Shown: one piece after another, positions 54,629 to 64,000 of the stretch
Layout: each line of letters begins with the position of its first letter
How positions within the stretch are numbered: the stretch's first letter is position 1
Assembly (NCBI GenBank): GCA_038065515.1
Contig: JBBTQV010000016.1
Span: 5,462 to 69,461, forward strand
Origin: Patescibacteria group bacterium
GTDB lineage: Bacteria > Patescibacteriota > Minisyncoccia > 2-02-FULL-40-12 > GWA2-44-9
Direction of reading: 5' to 3'
Length of the DNA: 64,000 bases
The notes under the pieces: model-generated
Database searches by the model: none
The model's input: only the letters and a program-made list of their open reading frames with translations
Told to the model about the DNA's origin: nothing
Translations under genes and position numbers: made by a program

Positions 54629-57600
54629 ATGGACCGCCGCCCCAGCCAATTCGACACGCCCCCACCTGGGGGCTTTGTTCACCTTCATACGCATTCGCAC
54701 TACTCGTTGCTGGATGGGCTATCCAAAATAGATGCACTGGTGAAGCGCGCAAAGGAACACGGCATGACCGCCATGGCACTGACCGACCACGGCGTGCTCT
54801 ATGGTGCCATCGAGTTTTATAAGAAAGCGACGAAGGCGGGCATCAAGCCCATCATCGGGTGCGAGATGTACATCACCGACACGACGCGGCACGACAAACA
54901 GCCTACCATCGACACCGACAAACGCTGGCATCTCATCTTGTTGGCCAAAGATGAAACGGGGTACCGCAATCTGGTAAAGCTCGTGACCGCGGCGCATCTG
55001 GAAGGGTTCTATTACAAGCCACGCATTGATAAACAGCTTCTGCGCGCGCACCACGAAGGGCTCATTGCGCTGTCGTCATGTCTCGGCGGAGAAATCTCGC
55101 GCGCACTGGCCGCGGGTGCCGACGAGAAAGCACGCCGCATCGCTACCGAGTACCGCGACATTATGGGGCCGGACAATTTCTATATCGAACTGCAACAGCA
55201 CACCAATATGCCCGAGCAAAACGAAATGACACCCAAGCTCGTTGCACTTGCCCGCGAATGTGGAATACCACTTGTCGCAACCCAGGATTCACACTACTGC
55301 ACACCCGATGATGCCAAAGCGCATGACATTCTACTCGCGGTGCAGACGGGCAACACGATCCATGACGAGAAACGGTTTTCGATGAATCAGGATGATTTTT
55401 CATTCTGCTCCGGAGAGGACATGCGGCAGAAATTTGCTTCTCTACCAGAGGATGTATCGCGTGAGGCATTTGCAAATACGGCTATCATTGCCGACCGGTG
55501 CAATCTCACGCTCGAGTTGGGCAAACTACAACTCCCCAATTTTCCACTGCCCAAAGGCCAGACCGATCCGTCCGAATATCTCACAACGCTGACTTATCAG
55601 GGATTGCGGCGCCGTTTTGGTGCGAAGCCGGACCCGTCAATCGTGGAGCGGGTTGAATTCGAATTGGGCGTTATCAAGCAGGCGGGATTTGCGGGCTACT
55701 TCCTTATCGTGCAGGATTTCGTGAACTGGGCGAAAAATCAGGGCATCTTTGTGGGTCCGGGCCGCGGTTCAGCAGCAGGTTCGCTGGTGTCGTACCTGCT
55801 GAACATCACCAATGTCGACCCGCTCAAGTACAATCTGCTATTCGAGCGGTTTCTCAATCCCGCCCGCATCAGCCAGCCGGATATCGATCTCGATTTCGCC
55901 GATGCGCGCCGCGGTGAAGTGCTCCAATATGTCGCCGAAAAATACGGCAAAGACCATGTAGCGCAAATCATCACCTTCGGCACCATGGCCGCCCGCGGAA
56001 GCATCCGTGATGCCGGCCGCGCGCTGGGATACACCTATGATTTTTGCGATTCCATCGCCAAGATCATTCCGGCCGGCCCGATTCCCGACTATCCGGGCAA
56101 ACGCACCGGCAAACCGTTCCTCCAGCACTGCGTGGAGAATGTGGACGAAGTAACACAGCTCTACAACTCCGACACACAGGCAAAAGCGCTCATCGACGCG
56201 GCCTGCAAACTCGAAGGCGTGGCGCGCCACGCGTCCACGCACGCCTGTGCTGTGGTCATCACACCCAAACCGCTCACCGAATATGTACCGCTCCAACAGG
56301 GCACGCACGAAAATGACATCATCACCCAGTACGAAATGCACGCGGTCGAGGACTTGGGTCTGTTGAAGATGGATTTTCTCGGACTGGCGAACCTCACCAT
56401 CATCGAAGATACGCTTAACATGGTGAAGTCAAATCACGGCACAAGTATCGACATTGATTCCATACCCCTGGATGATGCGAAGACATTCGCATCATTACAG
56501 CAGGCACAGACGACGGGCGTGTTCCAGTTGGAGTCCGCCGGTATGAAACGCTATCTCAAAGAGCTCAAGCCCACCGGCGTAGAAGACATCATCGCGATGG
56601 TTGCGCTGTACCGGCCGGGCCCGATGGATCTGATTCCCGATTATGTCGATCGCAAACACGGACGCCAGCGCGTTGAGTACCTGCACCCCGCGCTGGAGCC
56701 CATCATGAAACCGACCTACGGCATCATGGTATACCAAGAACAGCTCATGGCGGCCGTACGCGCACTGGCGGGTTTCACGCTAGCCGAAGCCGATGTGATG
56801 CGTAAAGCCGTCGGAAAGAAAATCAAATCACTCATGGAGGAGCAAGAGGGCAAGTTTAAGGAGGGATGCGCAACCGCCGGAACGCCACCGGATGTTGCGA
56901 ACAAATTCTGGGAGCTCGTAGAACCGTTCAACCGTTACGCGTTCAACCGCAGTCATGCGGCGTGCTACGCGATGGTTGCCTACCAGACCGCGTACCTGAA
57001 GGCTAATTTCCCGAATGAGTTTATGGCCTCATTCATGAATTCGGAGACCGGCGACATCGAGCGCGTCGCATTTCTGGTGGATGAGGCGCGGCAGATGGAT
57101 ATTCAGGTGTTGCCTCCCGACATCAATGAGAGCGCTGAGCGGTTCACGGTGGTAACGAGTAACGAAAAACGAGAAACGAGTAAGCCGTCGTTGCGGTTCG
57201 GGCTCACTGCGATCAAGAACATCGGCGCAACGGTTGTCGGTGCCATTATCCAAGAACGGCGCGCCAACGGACCATTTGTGAACATTGAAGATTTGATTGT
57301 CCGCGTCCAACACAAAGACATGACCCGAAAATCGCTGGAGGCACTGGCCAAGTGCGGAGCGCTCGACGGTATGGGCGAACGAAATACGCTTTTGGCGAAC
57401 ATCGAGACACTGCTTATCCACGCAAAAGAAAAACAGAAACATTCCACCATGGGACAGGTCAGCCTGTTCGGGGAAGCGATGGAAGCGGAACTGCCGCCCG
57501 TGAAACTGATACCCGCCGAGCCCTCGGCAAAAGCAGACCGTCTGCGGTGGGAAAAAGAACTCATCGGCTTGTATGTCAGCGAGCACCCGTTGAGCGACTA

Positions 57601-57916
57601 TCAGGCGCGCCTTGCGCTCGAGCGGCCCACCGCCATCAAAGACCTCAAGCCCATCCCCGGCTCGCAGGCAAAAATTGCCGGTCTCATCACCAGCACGAAA
57701 AAAATACTCACCAAAACAGGCAAACCGATGCTGTTCTCGCTCATCGAAGACCTCACGGCAAAAATAGAGGTGGTGGTGTTCCCCTCCGTGCTGGAGAAGT
57801 CTCCGAACGCCTGGGCGCCCAACACGGTCGTCGTACTGTCGGGCAAGCTCGACAACCGCGACGGCAATCTCAAACTGCTCTGCGACACCGCAAAGCCCAT
57901 CGCTATCGTGGCATGA
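54629..57916 (+). CDS. dnaE: DNA polymerase III alpha subunit
   Basis: PHP domain VHLHTHSHYSLLDG, palm/fingers motifs, OB-fold C-terminus. Confidence 0.9.
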   Translation: MDRRPSQFDTPPPGGFVHLHTHSHYSLLDGLSKIDALVKRAKEHGMTAMALTDHGVLYGAIEFYKKATKAGIKPIIGCEMYITDTTRHDKQPTIDTDKRWHLILLAKDETGYRNLVKLVTAAHLEGFYYKPRIDKQLLRAHHEGLIALSSCLGGEISRALAAGADEKARRIATEYRDIMGPDNFYIELQQHTNMPEQNEMTPKLVALARECGIPLVATQDSHYCTPDDAKAHDILLAVQTGNTIHDEKRFSMNQDDFSFCSGEDMRQKFASLPEDVSREAFANTAIIADRCNLTLELGKLQLPNFPLPKGQTDPSEYLTTLTYQGLRRRFGAKPDPSIVERVEFELGVIKQAGFAGYFLIVQDFVNWAKNQGIFVGPGRGSAAGSLVSYLLNITNVDPLKYNLLFERFLNPARISQPDIDLDFADARRGEVLQYVAEKYGKDHVAQIITFGTMAARGSIRDAGRALGYTYDFCDSIAKIIPAGPIPDYPGKRTGKPFLQHCVENVDEVTQLYNSDTQAKALIDAACKLEGVARHASTHACAVVITPKPLTEYVPLQQGTHENDIITQYEMHAVEDLGLLKMDFLGLANLTIIEDTLNMVKSNHGTSIDIDSIPLDDAKTFASLQQAQTTGVFQLESAGMKRYLKELKPTGVEDIIAMVALYRPGPMDLIPDYVDRKHGRQRVEYLHPALEPIMKPTYGIMVYQEQLMAAVRALAGFTLAEADVMRKAVGKKIKSLMEEQEGKFKEGCATAGTPPDVANKFWELVEPFNRYAFNRSHAACYAMVAYQTAYLKANFPNEFMASFMNSETGDIERVAFLVDEARQMDIQVLPPDINESAERFTVVTSNEKRETSKPSLRFGLTAIKNIGATVVGAIIQERRANGPFVNIEDLIVRVQHKDMTRKSLEALAKCGALDGMGERNTLLANIETLLIHAKEKQKHSTMGQVSLFGEAMEAELPPVKLIPAEPSAKADRLRWEKELIGLYVSEHPLSDYQARLALERPTAIKDLKPIPGSQAKIAGLITSTKKILTKTGKPMLFSLIEDLTAKIEVVVFPSVLEKSPNAWAPNTVVVLSGKLDNRDGNLKLLCDTAKPIAIVA

Positions 57917-58163
57917 AAAAGCGGGGCCCCGTGGACCCCGCCGCTTGCCCGTTAGGGCGGTGGATCTCTTCCGTCAATCATGACGGCCTCCTCTGAAGAG
58001 TACCAAGCAAAAAAGAGTCGCCGTTTTACATGGTTCCCTCGGCCGTTGCGCGAGAAGCGCGGGGCCCCGAGAGCGAGACTGGAACCAGCCTCTATACTAA
58101 TGATAGCAGGTTATATGTCATTTGTCAATAGTTTCGTAAATGGCACTATTTTGCTAGGATAAC

Positions 58164-59906
58164 ATGATTATGGCACAGAACATCGAACATATCCGACACA
58201 CACTCGCCCACCTGCTCGCGGCAGCCGTGTTGAAGCTGTATCCTGATGCCAAGCGCACCATCGGACCGGCCATCGATACCGGCTTCTACTATGATTTTGA
58301 GTTTTCCGCGCCTATCAGCGATGAAGATTTGCCGCGCATTGAGATGGAAATGAAGAAATTGCTACCGACTTGGACATCGTTCTCCCATAAGGAAGTCTCA
58401 GCCGACGAGGCGCGTGCATTTTTCAGGGACAACCCCTATAAGCTCGAGCTCATCGATGAAATTGCGGCGAAGGGTGAAAAGCTCACTCTGTACACCTCCG
58501 GCGATTTTACGGATCTATGCCGCGGCGGCCATGTGGATGACCCCTCTTCCATTGATCCGGCATCGTTCAAGCTCGACAAGCTCGCGGGCGCATACTGGCG
58601 CGGCGACGAAAAGAACACCATGCTCACCCGCATCTATGGTTTTGCATTTGAGACTGCTGACGCGCTGAACGCCTATACCACAATGATGGAGGAAGCAAAA
58701 AAGCGCGACCATAAGGTGCTGGGCCTCCAGCTCGATTTGTTCACCTTCTCCGAATTAGTCGGTTCCGGCCTGCCGCTGTGGACTCCGCGCGGCACGCTGG
58801 TGCGCAATCTGTTGGATGATTTTGTCTGGTCTCTGCGCCGTGCCCGCGGATATGAACGCGTTGAAATCCCGCATATCACAAAGAAAGATTTATATGAGAA
58901 GAGCGGTCACTGGGACAAATACAAGGACGACCTATTCAAGATTACGACCAGAGAGGGACATGTATTCGCGATGAAGCCGATGAATTGTCCGCACCACACA
59001 CAAATCTACGCCCGCCGACCGCATAGCTACCGCGAACTCCCCCAGCGCTATGCAAATACCACAATGGTGTACCGCGATGAGCAGTCCGGTGAGCTTGCCG
59101 GCATCACGCGCGTGCGCTCGATCACGCAGGACGATGCCCATGTGTTCTGCCGCATGAATCAGGTCAAGGACGAGGCGCTCAAAGTGTGGGACATCATCCA
59201 CGAGTTCTACGGTGCATTCAACATTCCGTTGCGTGTGAGACTATCACTGCGCGACCCCGCACAGCCCGAAAAATATCTGGGCAATGCCGCCAACTGGGAA
59301 GCCGCCGAAGAAATACTGCACGCTATTATCGCAGATAAAAAAGTGAACGCCATTGACGGACTGGGAGAAGCTGCCTTCTACGGCCCGAAGCTCGATTTCA
59401 TGGGACGCGACGCCATCGGACGCGAGCATCAGGTTGCCACCATCCAGCTGGACATGAACATGCCGGAGCGCTTCGACCTCACCTGCACGAATGAAAAGGG
59501 TGAGCATGAACGCATCGTGATGATACACTGCGCAATCATGGGCTCCATCGAGCGGTTCATGGCGGTACTCATCGAGCACACCGCGGGCGCACTTCCGCTA
59601 TGGCTCTCCCCCGTGCAAGTGGCGGTGCTCCCCATTTCCGATAAACATACCGACGCCGCACATGCGCTGGTGCCCGAGCTCCAGCTCGCAGGTATCCGTG
59701 TGCAGATGGACGACGCGAAAGAAACAATCGGCAAGAAAATCCGAGCATCCGAAACGATGAAAATTCCCTATACGCTCATTCTGGGCGATAAAGACATCGC
59801 CGCAGGAGTTGTCTCGGTGCGCAAGCGCGGCGGCGAGGACTTGGGGCAGCTGTCGCTGGACCAGTTTATCTCTCATCTGAAGAAGGAGGTCGTAGCAAAA
59901 GCGTAA
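58164..59906 (+). CDS. thrS: threonine--tRNA ligase (no N-terminal TGS domain)
   Basis: Editing-domain HxxxH (IRHTLAHLL), class II motifs, C-terminal anticodon-binding domain. 580 aa. Confidence 0.9.
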   Translation: MIMAQNIEHIRHTLAHLLAAAVLKLYPDAKRTIGPAIDTGFYYDFEFSAPISDEDLPRIEMEMKKLLPTWTSFSHKEVSADEARAFFRDNPYKLELIDEIAAKGEKLTLYTSGDFTDLCRGGHVDDPSSIDPASFKLDKLAGAYWRGDEKNTMLTRIYGFAFETADALNAYTTMMEEAKKRDHKVLGLQLDLFTFSELVGSGLPLWTPRGTLVRNLLDDFVWSLRRARGYERVEIPHITKKDLYEKSGHWDKYKDDLFKITTREGHVFAMKPMNCPHHTQIYARRPHSYRELPQRYANTTMVYRDEQSGELAGITRVRSITQDDAHVFCRMNQVKDEALKVWDIIHEFYGAFNIPLRVRLSLRDPAQPEKYLGNAANWEAAEEILHAIIADKKVNAIDGLGEAAFYGPKLDFMGRDAIGREHQVATIQLDMNMPERFDLTCTNEKGEHERIVMIHCAIMGSIERFMAVLIEHTAGALPLWLSPVQVAVLPISDKHTDAAHALVPELQLAGIRVQMDDAKETIGKKIRASETMKIPYTLILGDKDIAAGVVSVRKRGGEDLGQLSLDQFISHLKKEVVAKA

Positions 59907-59930
59907 GAAAAGCCCCCTCGTCAGGGGGCT
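59904..59930. terminator. stem-loop terminator between thrS and the convergent membrane-protein gene
   Basis: agccccct-cgtc-agggggct. T-run present on the minus strand. Confidence 0.5.
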
Positions 59931-59931
59931 G

Positions 59932-60480
59932 TCAATGAAAGATTGTCCAGACCGAGAGGGCGCCCGCCATGAGGTAGGCGGTCCGAATCGCGTTCCCAAC
60001 AACGAGAGCGTACAGTCCTCCGCGGAACTTCGTGATGCCCACACCAAGCAGGGCCGGTGACCGCACGCCCCACACTGGATATACACCGACGCCGGAGAGA
60101 AAGCCACACCCCGCCCACTTCGTCATGGTCAGCAAACGACGCCCTTGTCGATGCGCCTGATCGCGTCGGACGCGTAACTCGTCGAAAAACGAGTCAACAT
60201 ACCCTTCTTGGCGAATGAGCCTGGCTGCCTGCTTTGCAACCACGATGAGACGCTGAATGCGGTTCGTGTCCGCGATGAGATCGCAGAGCCACCCCCAGAA
60301 CCAGTATGTCCATGCCATCTTTCCGGTTGTTATCAGGATGACGATGATAGTCGCGGGCACGATTCCGAGTCCCAACCACAACCGCCATGCCTCCGATGAA
60401 AGGATGAGCAGGTCGCCTTGAATTGGGATCGTCAGCACCGCGACACCCAGCGGCCAGAAGTCGACTACATGCCGGTGCAT
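59932..60480 (-). CDS. integral membrane protein (DedA/YqaA-like, tentative)
   Basis: 4-5 hydrophobic helices. Family assignment weak. Confidence 0.4.
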   Translation of the reverse strand: MHRHVVDFWPLGVAVLTIPIQGDLLILSSEAWRLWLGLGIVPATIIVILITTGKMAWTYWFWGWLCDLIADTNRIQRLIVVAKQAARLIRQEGYVDSFFDELRVRRDQAHRQGRRLLTMTKWAGCGFLSGVGVYPVWGVRSPALLGVGITKFRGGLYALVVGNAIRTAYLMAGALSVWTIFH

Positions 60481-60523
60481 CTCTCCTCCTTGCAGTAAAA
60501 GGAACGGTTGGGTATATTATACC

Positions 60524-61471
60524 ATGTTTTATATGAAAGACAATCGCCCACGCATCATCGTTGTTGCCGGTCCCACCGCTTCAGGAAAATCTGATATCGC
60601 GATTGCGTTGGCGCGCCGCTTCAACGGAGAAATCATTTCCGCTGATTCGCGGCAGGTATACCGCGGGATGGATATCGGCACCGGCAAAGTCACCAAACGC
60701 GAGCAGAAACTCGCCCGACATCATCTTCTTGATGTTGCCTCCCCAACCCGACAATACAGCGTAGCTCACTTCAAACGCGATGCACAGCGTGCGATCCGCG
60801 ACATTGTACGCCGCGGTAAAATACCCATCGTCTGCGGCGGTACCGGCTTTTGGATCGATGCTTTGGTGTATGACCTGCAGTTGCCGAATGTGAAGCCCGA
60901 TGCCAAACTCCGCGCGCAGTTGCGAAAGCTATCCATAATACAACTCTACACCCGCCTGAAAAAGCTCGACCCCGTCCGTGCGGCAACTATTGACCGGCAC
61001 AACCCTGTTCGTCTTATCCGCGCACTGGAAATCGTACTCGTCACCAGCAAACCCGTTCCCGCTAAAAAGGTACAAGCTACCAGCTACAACCCTCTGTATC
61101 TGGGCGTATCGCGCCCGATGGATGAACTCAAACAACGCATCGAGAAGCGTCTGGACGCCCGCCTCAAGTCGGGCATGGTTGCCGAAGTGCGCCGGCTGCG
61201 CACATCGGGTGTTTCCTGGAAGCGACTGGAATCGTTCGGCCTTGAATACCGCTGGGTCGCAAGATACTTGCAGGCAGTAACAAAAAACAAGAAACGAAAA
61301 ACGAATAGTTTTTCAGAAATGAGAGCCGGATTGCTGCGTGACATTATCGCCTACGCCAAACGCCAGCTCACCTGGTGGCGAAAAAATTCTGATCTAGTCC
61401 ATATCGCCGATGAAGCTCACGCACAGAGGTTCGTGGCAAAATTTCTAAAGTCTGCTCAAAAAACAAAATGA
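60524..61471 (+). CDS. miaA: tRNA dimethylallyltransferase
   Basis: P-loop GPTASGKS, SADSRQVYRGMDIGT. Confidence 0.85.
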   Translation: MFYMKDNRPRIIVVAGPTASGKSDIAIALARRFNGEIISADSRQVYRGMDIGTGKVTKREQKLARHHLLDVASPTRQYSVAHFKRDAQRAIRDIVRRGKIPIVCGGTGFWIDALVYDLQLPNVKPDAKLRAQLRKLSIIQLYTRLKKLDPVRAATIDRHNPVRLIRALEIVLVTSKPVPAKKVQATSYNPLYLGVSRPMDELKQRIEKRLDARLKSGMVAEVRRLRTSGVSWKRLESFGLEYRWVARYLQAVTKNKKRKTNSFSEMRAGLLRDIIAYAKRQLTWWRKNSDLVHIADEAHAQRFVAKFLKSAQKTK

Positions 61472-61625
61472 GCCACCGATGGTGGTTCATTTTATAGGCC
61501 CCAAGAGCGATAAAGTTTTATTGCACACTCCCCGGCTTCCCCTTACGGTTGGCCTTCTTTCTCTTGGGACCCACCTATAAGGTATTCTTCGCTCTTATTG
61601 CGTCAATATCAGTTATCCACAGGCC

Positions 61626-63092
61626 CTACAAGCTCAACTTTTCCCGCAACATCTGCTCGGCAACTTTCGGGTCGGCTTTACCTTTCGAAAGCGCCATCAC
61701 CTTGCCGACAAGCGCTTTCAGCGCGACTTCTTTGCCACCCTTGAAATCGGCGACAATTTTTTCACTCTGCGCGATAGCGTCTTCGACAAAGATGTTCATC
61801 GATACCGAATCGGACACCTGCGCGAGATCTTTGGCCTTGATGATGTCTTCCGGGTCCTCGCCCGTCTCCCACATCGTCTGCAAGACAACCTGCGCGGCGG
61901 TACTGCCGATTTGTCCCGACGCCACGCGGACGACAAAATCAGCGAACAGTGCGGGAGTGATCTTGGTGTCCTGCGGAATGGCTGAAACGGCATTGAGCTT
62001 CGGCTGCAATTGCGTGATAAGCCAGTTCGCGGCAACCTTAGTGAGTTTTCCATAATCGGTCGCCTCGCCCGTGACGGGACTGTCTTCGGCCTTCAACTCG
62101 GACACGACTTCTTCAAAAAAATCTCCCAGCTCCTTGAACACCGTCAAAATCTCCACATCACCATCGGGCAAACCGTACTCGCGCGCGAACCGTTCACGCC
62201 GCGCCACAGGCAGTTCCGGAAGTGATGCGCGGATGGCTTCAATCTCGGTGTCGGTGAACACGATAGGCGGGAGGTCGGGTTCCGGGAAATAGCGGTAGTC
62301 GGCACTCCCCTCTTTGGTGCGTTGGCTAATCGTCTTGTCGTGCACATCGTCCCACCCGCGCGTCTCCTGAACGAGCGTCCCGCCCGATTCAAGCACTTCT
62401 GCCTGCCGTTTGATTTCGTAATCAGCAGACTTTGCCGCTGAAGAAATTGAGTTGATGTTTTTGACTTCCACTTTCGTACCGTAGTCCTTCTGTCCTTTGG
62501 GCCGTAGCGACAGGTTTACCTCAATGCGCATCTGGCCTTTTTCCATATCCGCATCAGACGCCCCGAGATACCGCAAGATGAGCTGCAGTTCGGATGCAAA
62601 CCGGCGTACCTCTTCGGGTTCAGTGAGGTCGGGATGCGTAACCAACTCCATCAGCGGGACACCTGCGCGGTTGTAGTCGACAAGCGTGACATCACCCGAT
62701 TCGTGTATCAGTTTTCCGGCATCTTCCTCTAAATGGATACGCTCGATACGAATCTTCTTCCCGCCCACATTAAGCACACCTTCACGACAAAATGGAACCT
62801 GAAATTGAGATATCTGGTACCCCTTGGGCAGATCGGGATAGAAGTAATTTTTACGCTCGAAGAATGAATGCTTTTCGATACTGCACTCAAGCGCCAGACC
62901 GGCCGCGATGAGTTTTTCCACCGCACCGCGGTTGATAACCGGCAGTGTTCCGGGGTGGCCCATGCAAATGGGACAGACATTCAGGTTGGGAGTCTTCTCC
63001 AGTGGGTCGTTGGCACAGTCGCAGAACATCTTTGTCTTCGTGTTCAGCTCCGCGTGCACTTCCAAGCCGATGGTGGTCAGGTAGTCGGTCAT
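61626..63092 (-). CDS. gatB: Asp-tRNA(Asn)/Glu-tRNA(Gln) amidotransferase subunit B
   Basis: GLEVHAELNTKTKMFC, YFPEPDLPP, C-terminal GatB/YqeY domain. Start MTDYLTTIG. Confidence 0.9.
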   Translation of the reverse strand: MTDYLTTIGLEVHAELNTKTKMFCDCANDPLEKTPNLNVCPICMGHPGTLPVINRGAVEKLIAAGLALECSIEKHSFFERKNYFYPDLPKGYQISQFQVPFCREGVLNVGGKKIRIERIHLEEDAGKLIHESGDVTLVDYNRAGVPLMELVTHPDLTEPEEVRRFASELQLILRYLGASDADMEKGQMRIEVNLSLRPKGQKDYGTKVEVKNINSISSAAKSADYEIKRQAEVLESGGTLVQETRGWDDVHDKTISQRTKEGSADYRYFPEPDLPPIVFTDTEIEAIRASLPELPVARRERFAREYGLPDGDVEILTVFKELGDFFEEVVSELKAEDSPVTGEATDYGKLTKVAANWLITQLQPKLNAVSAIPQDTKITPALFADFVVRVASGQIGSTAAQVVLQTMWETGEDPEDIIKAKDLAQVSDSVSMNIFVEDAIAQSEKIVADFKGGKEVALKALVGKVMALSKGKADPKVAEQMLREKLSL

Positions 63093-63170
63093 TGCATTGC
63101 CACTGTACCATGAAAATAGGTGGTTATAAAAGACCATCTCCTGATAAGAGATGGTCTTGGTTTGTCAGAA

Positions 63171-63851
63171 CTATCCGATGTCGCCATGGGCCGCACGGAG
63201 CCGCGACCGAAGCTTCTCGACCAGGCCGTCCTTTTCGAAATGGTGCTTGACGCGCTCCAGCACCTGCGGACGGGTCAGTTCGTCCGTATCAATTGCATGA
63301 ATCTTCCACGGACGCTCGGCCCGATGCTTGAGCAGATCGGCGAAACATTCGAACCCTCGTGACACTCGGGCATGAAACTCTTCGCCCCTCGCCTCAATAC
63401 GATCCGGCTGCTTGTTCGGATTGCGCATGCGGACAACCTCTGGCGACGCTTTCAGAACGAATGTGATGTCGGGCACCACACCGCAGGTCGCCAGTTCGAT
63501 CGCCGGAAGCGCGAGAGTCGGATCTAGGCCACATCCGGCAACCTGATATGCGAGAGAAGATAGGGTGGAGCGATCGAGCACCACGATCTCGCCAGCTTGG
63601 ATCGCCGAGATGATTCCTTGTTTCATCAACTGCGCTCGCGACGCCAGAAACAGAAACAACTCCGCCGCCGGAACGATCGGTTGCGAACTGTGCTTGAGAA
63701 TCTCCCGCAATGTCGGACCGAGTGACCCGCTGCCCGGCTCATAGAGCTGCTGCACCGGGATCTCCGGAAACTCCTTTTCGAGCCACTCGGCGAATATCTT
63801 CGCCGTCGACGACTTTCCGCATCCGTCGTTGCCCTCAAATAGTACCAACAT
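63171..63851 (-). CDS. tmk: thymidylate kinase
   Basis: P-loop FEGNDGCGKSS, DRS lid region. Start MLVLFEG. Confidence 0.85.
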   Translation of the reverse strand: MLVLFEGNDGCGKSSTAKIFAEWLEKEFPEIPVQQLYEPGSGSLGPTLREILKHSSQPIVPAAELFLFLASRAQLMKQGIISAIQAGEIVVLDRSTLSSLAYQVAGCGLDPTLALPAIELATCGVVPDITFVLKASPEVVRMRNPNKQPDRIEARGEEFHARVSRGFECFADLLKHRAERPWKIHAIDTDELTRPQVLERVKHHFEKDGLVEKLRSRLRAAHGDIG

Positions 63852-63935
63852 AATTTTCTCCTCAAAGAGCCGGGACCAGCATAGCACAGCAAAACCCCTC
63901 TGCAAGGAGGGGCTTTGCGAAAAACATCAGCCGAA

Positions 63936-64000
63936 TTACTTCACTTCAATGCCCATGCTGCGGGCGGTGCCGGCGATAACTTCCATCGCGGCGTCGACAT
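63936..64000 (-). CDS. rplK: partial CDS (3' end), ribosomal protein L11-like C-terminus
   Basis: Minus-strand frame ends ...AMEVIAGTARSMGIEVK*, resembling the L11 C-terminus. Only ~21 codons in window. Confidence 0.4.
   Translation of the reverse strand, partial: VDAAMEVIAGTARSMGIEVK

Overview
64 kb, mostly single-copy housekeeping genes, ~55% GC with several lower-GC islands. Standard genetic code: TGA is used as a stop (e.g. dprA). Identified genes include lepA, topA, dnaE, thrS, gatB, miaA, tmk, parAB, ftsEX, prfB, folD, tsaC, rpsP, rpmF, rnc, nusB, rel, dprA, pgk, tpiA, rnhA, xseAB, msrA and two HhH-GPD glycosylases. RNA genes are three tRNAs (Thr-CGT, Gly-CCC, Leu-CAA) and an RNase P RNA. 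There is a polysaccharide-biosynthesis locus (DUF4012-like protein, two GT4 glycosyltransferases, WbaP-like sugar transferase) interrupted by an IS200-like Y1 transposase gene and an AT-rich four-helix-bundle gene. The gene content (reduced pgk and thrS, many small hypothetical proteins) is consistent with a small-genome CPR/Patescibacteria-like bacterium, but I cannot verify that. The standout region is 34.1-40.0 kb: two paralogous diversity-generating retroelements (DGRs) on the minus strand. Each has an SQ-motif reverse transcriptase, a template repeat (TR), and a target gene whose 3' variable repeat (VR) differs from the TR only at TR adenines. Each also has an Avd-like four-helix-bundle gene on the opposite strand whose N-terminus is out of frame at a poly-C tract. 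The two RT genes are fused by ATGA stop/start overlaps to pgk and tpiA, so the DGRs sit inside the glycolytic operon. Other points: an operon of coiled-coil proteins of unknown function (28.3-32.1 kb); an RF2 lacking its N-terminal domain; an HNH endonuclease gene between two tRNAs; a low-GC thiol-redox island; membrane-anchored cupredoxin and cytochrome b5-like proteins with Thr/Pro linkers; a 22-bp perfect inverted repeat between topA and rel. No CRISPR array or rRNA is present.
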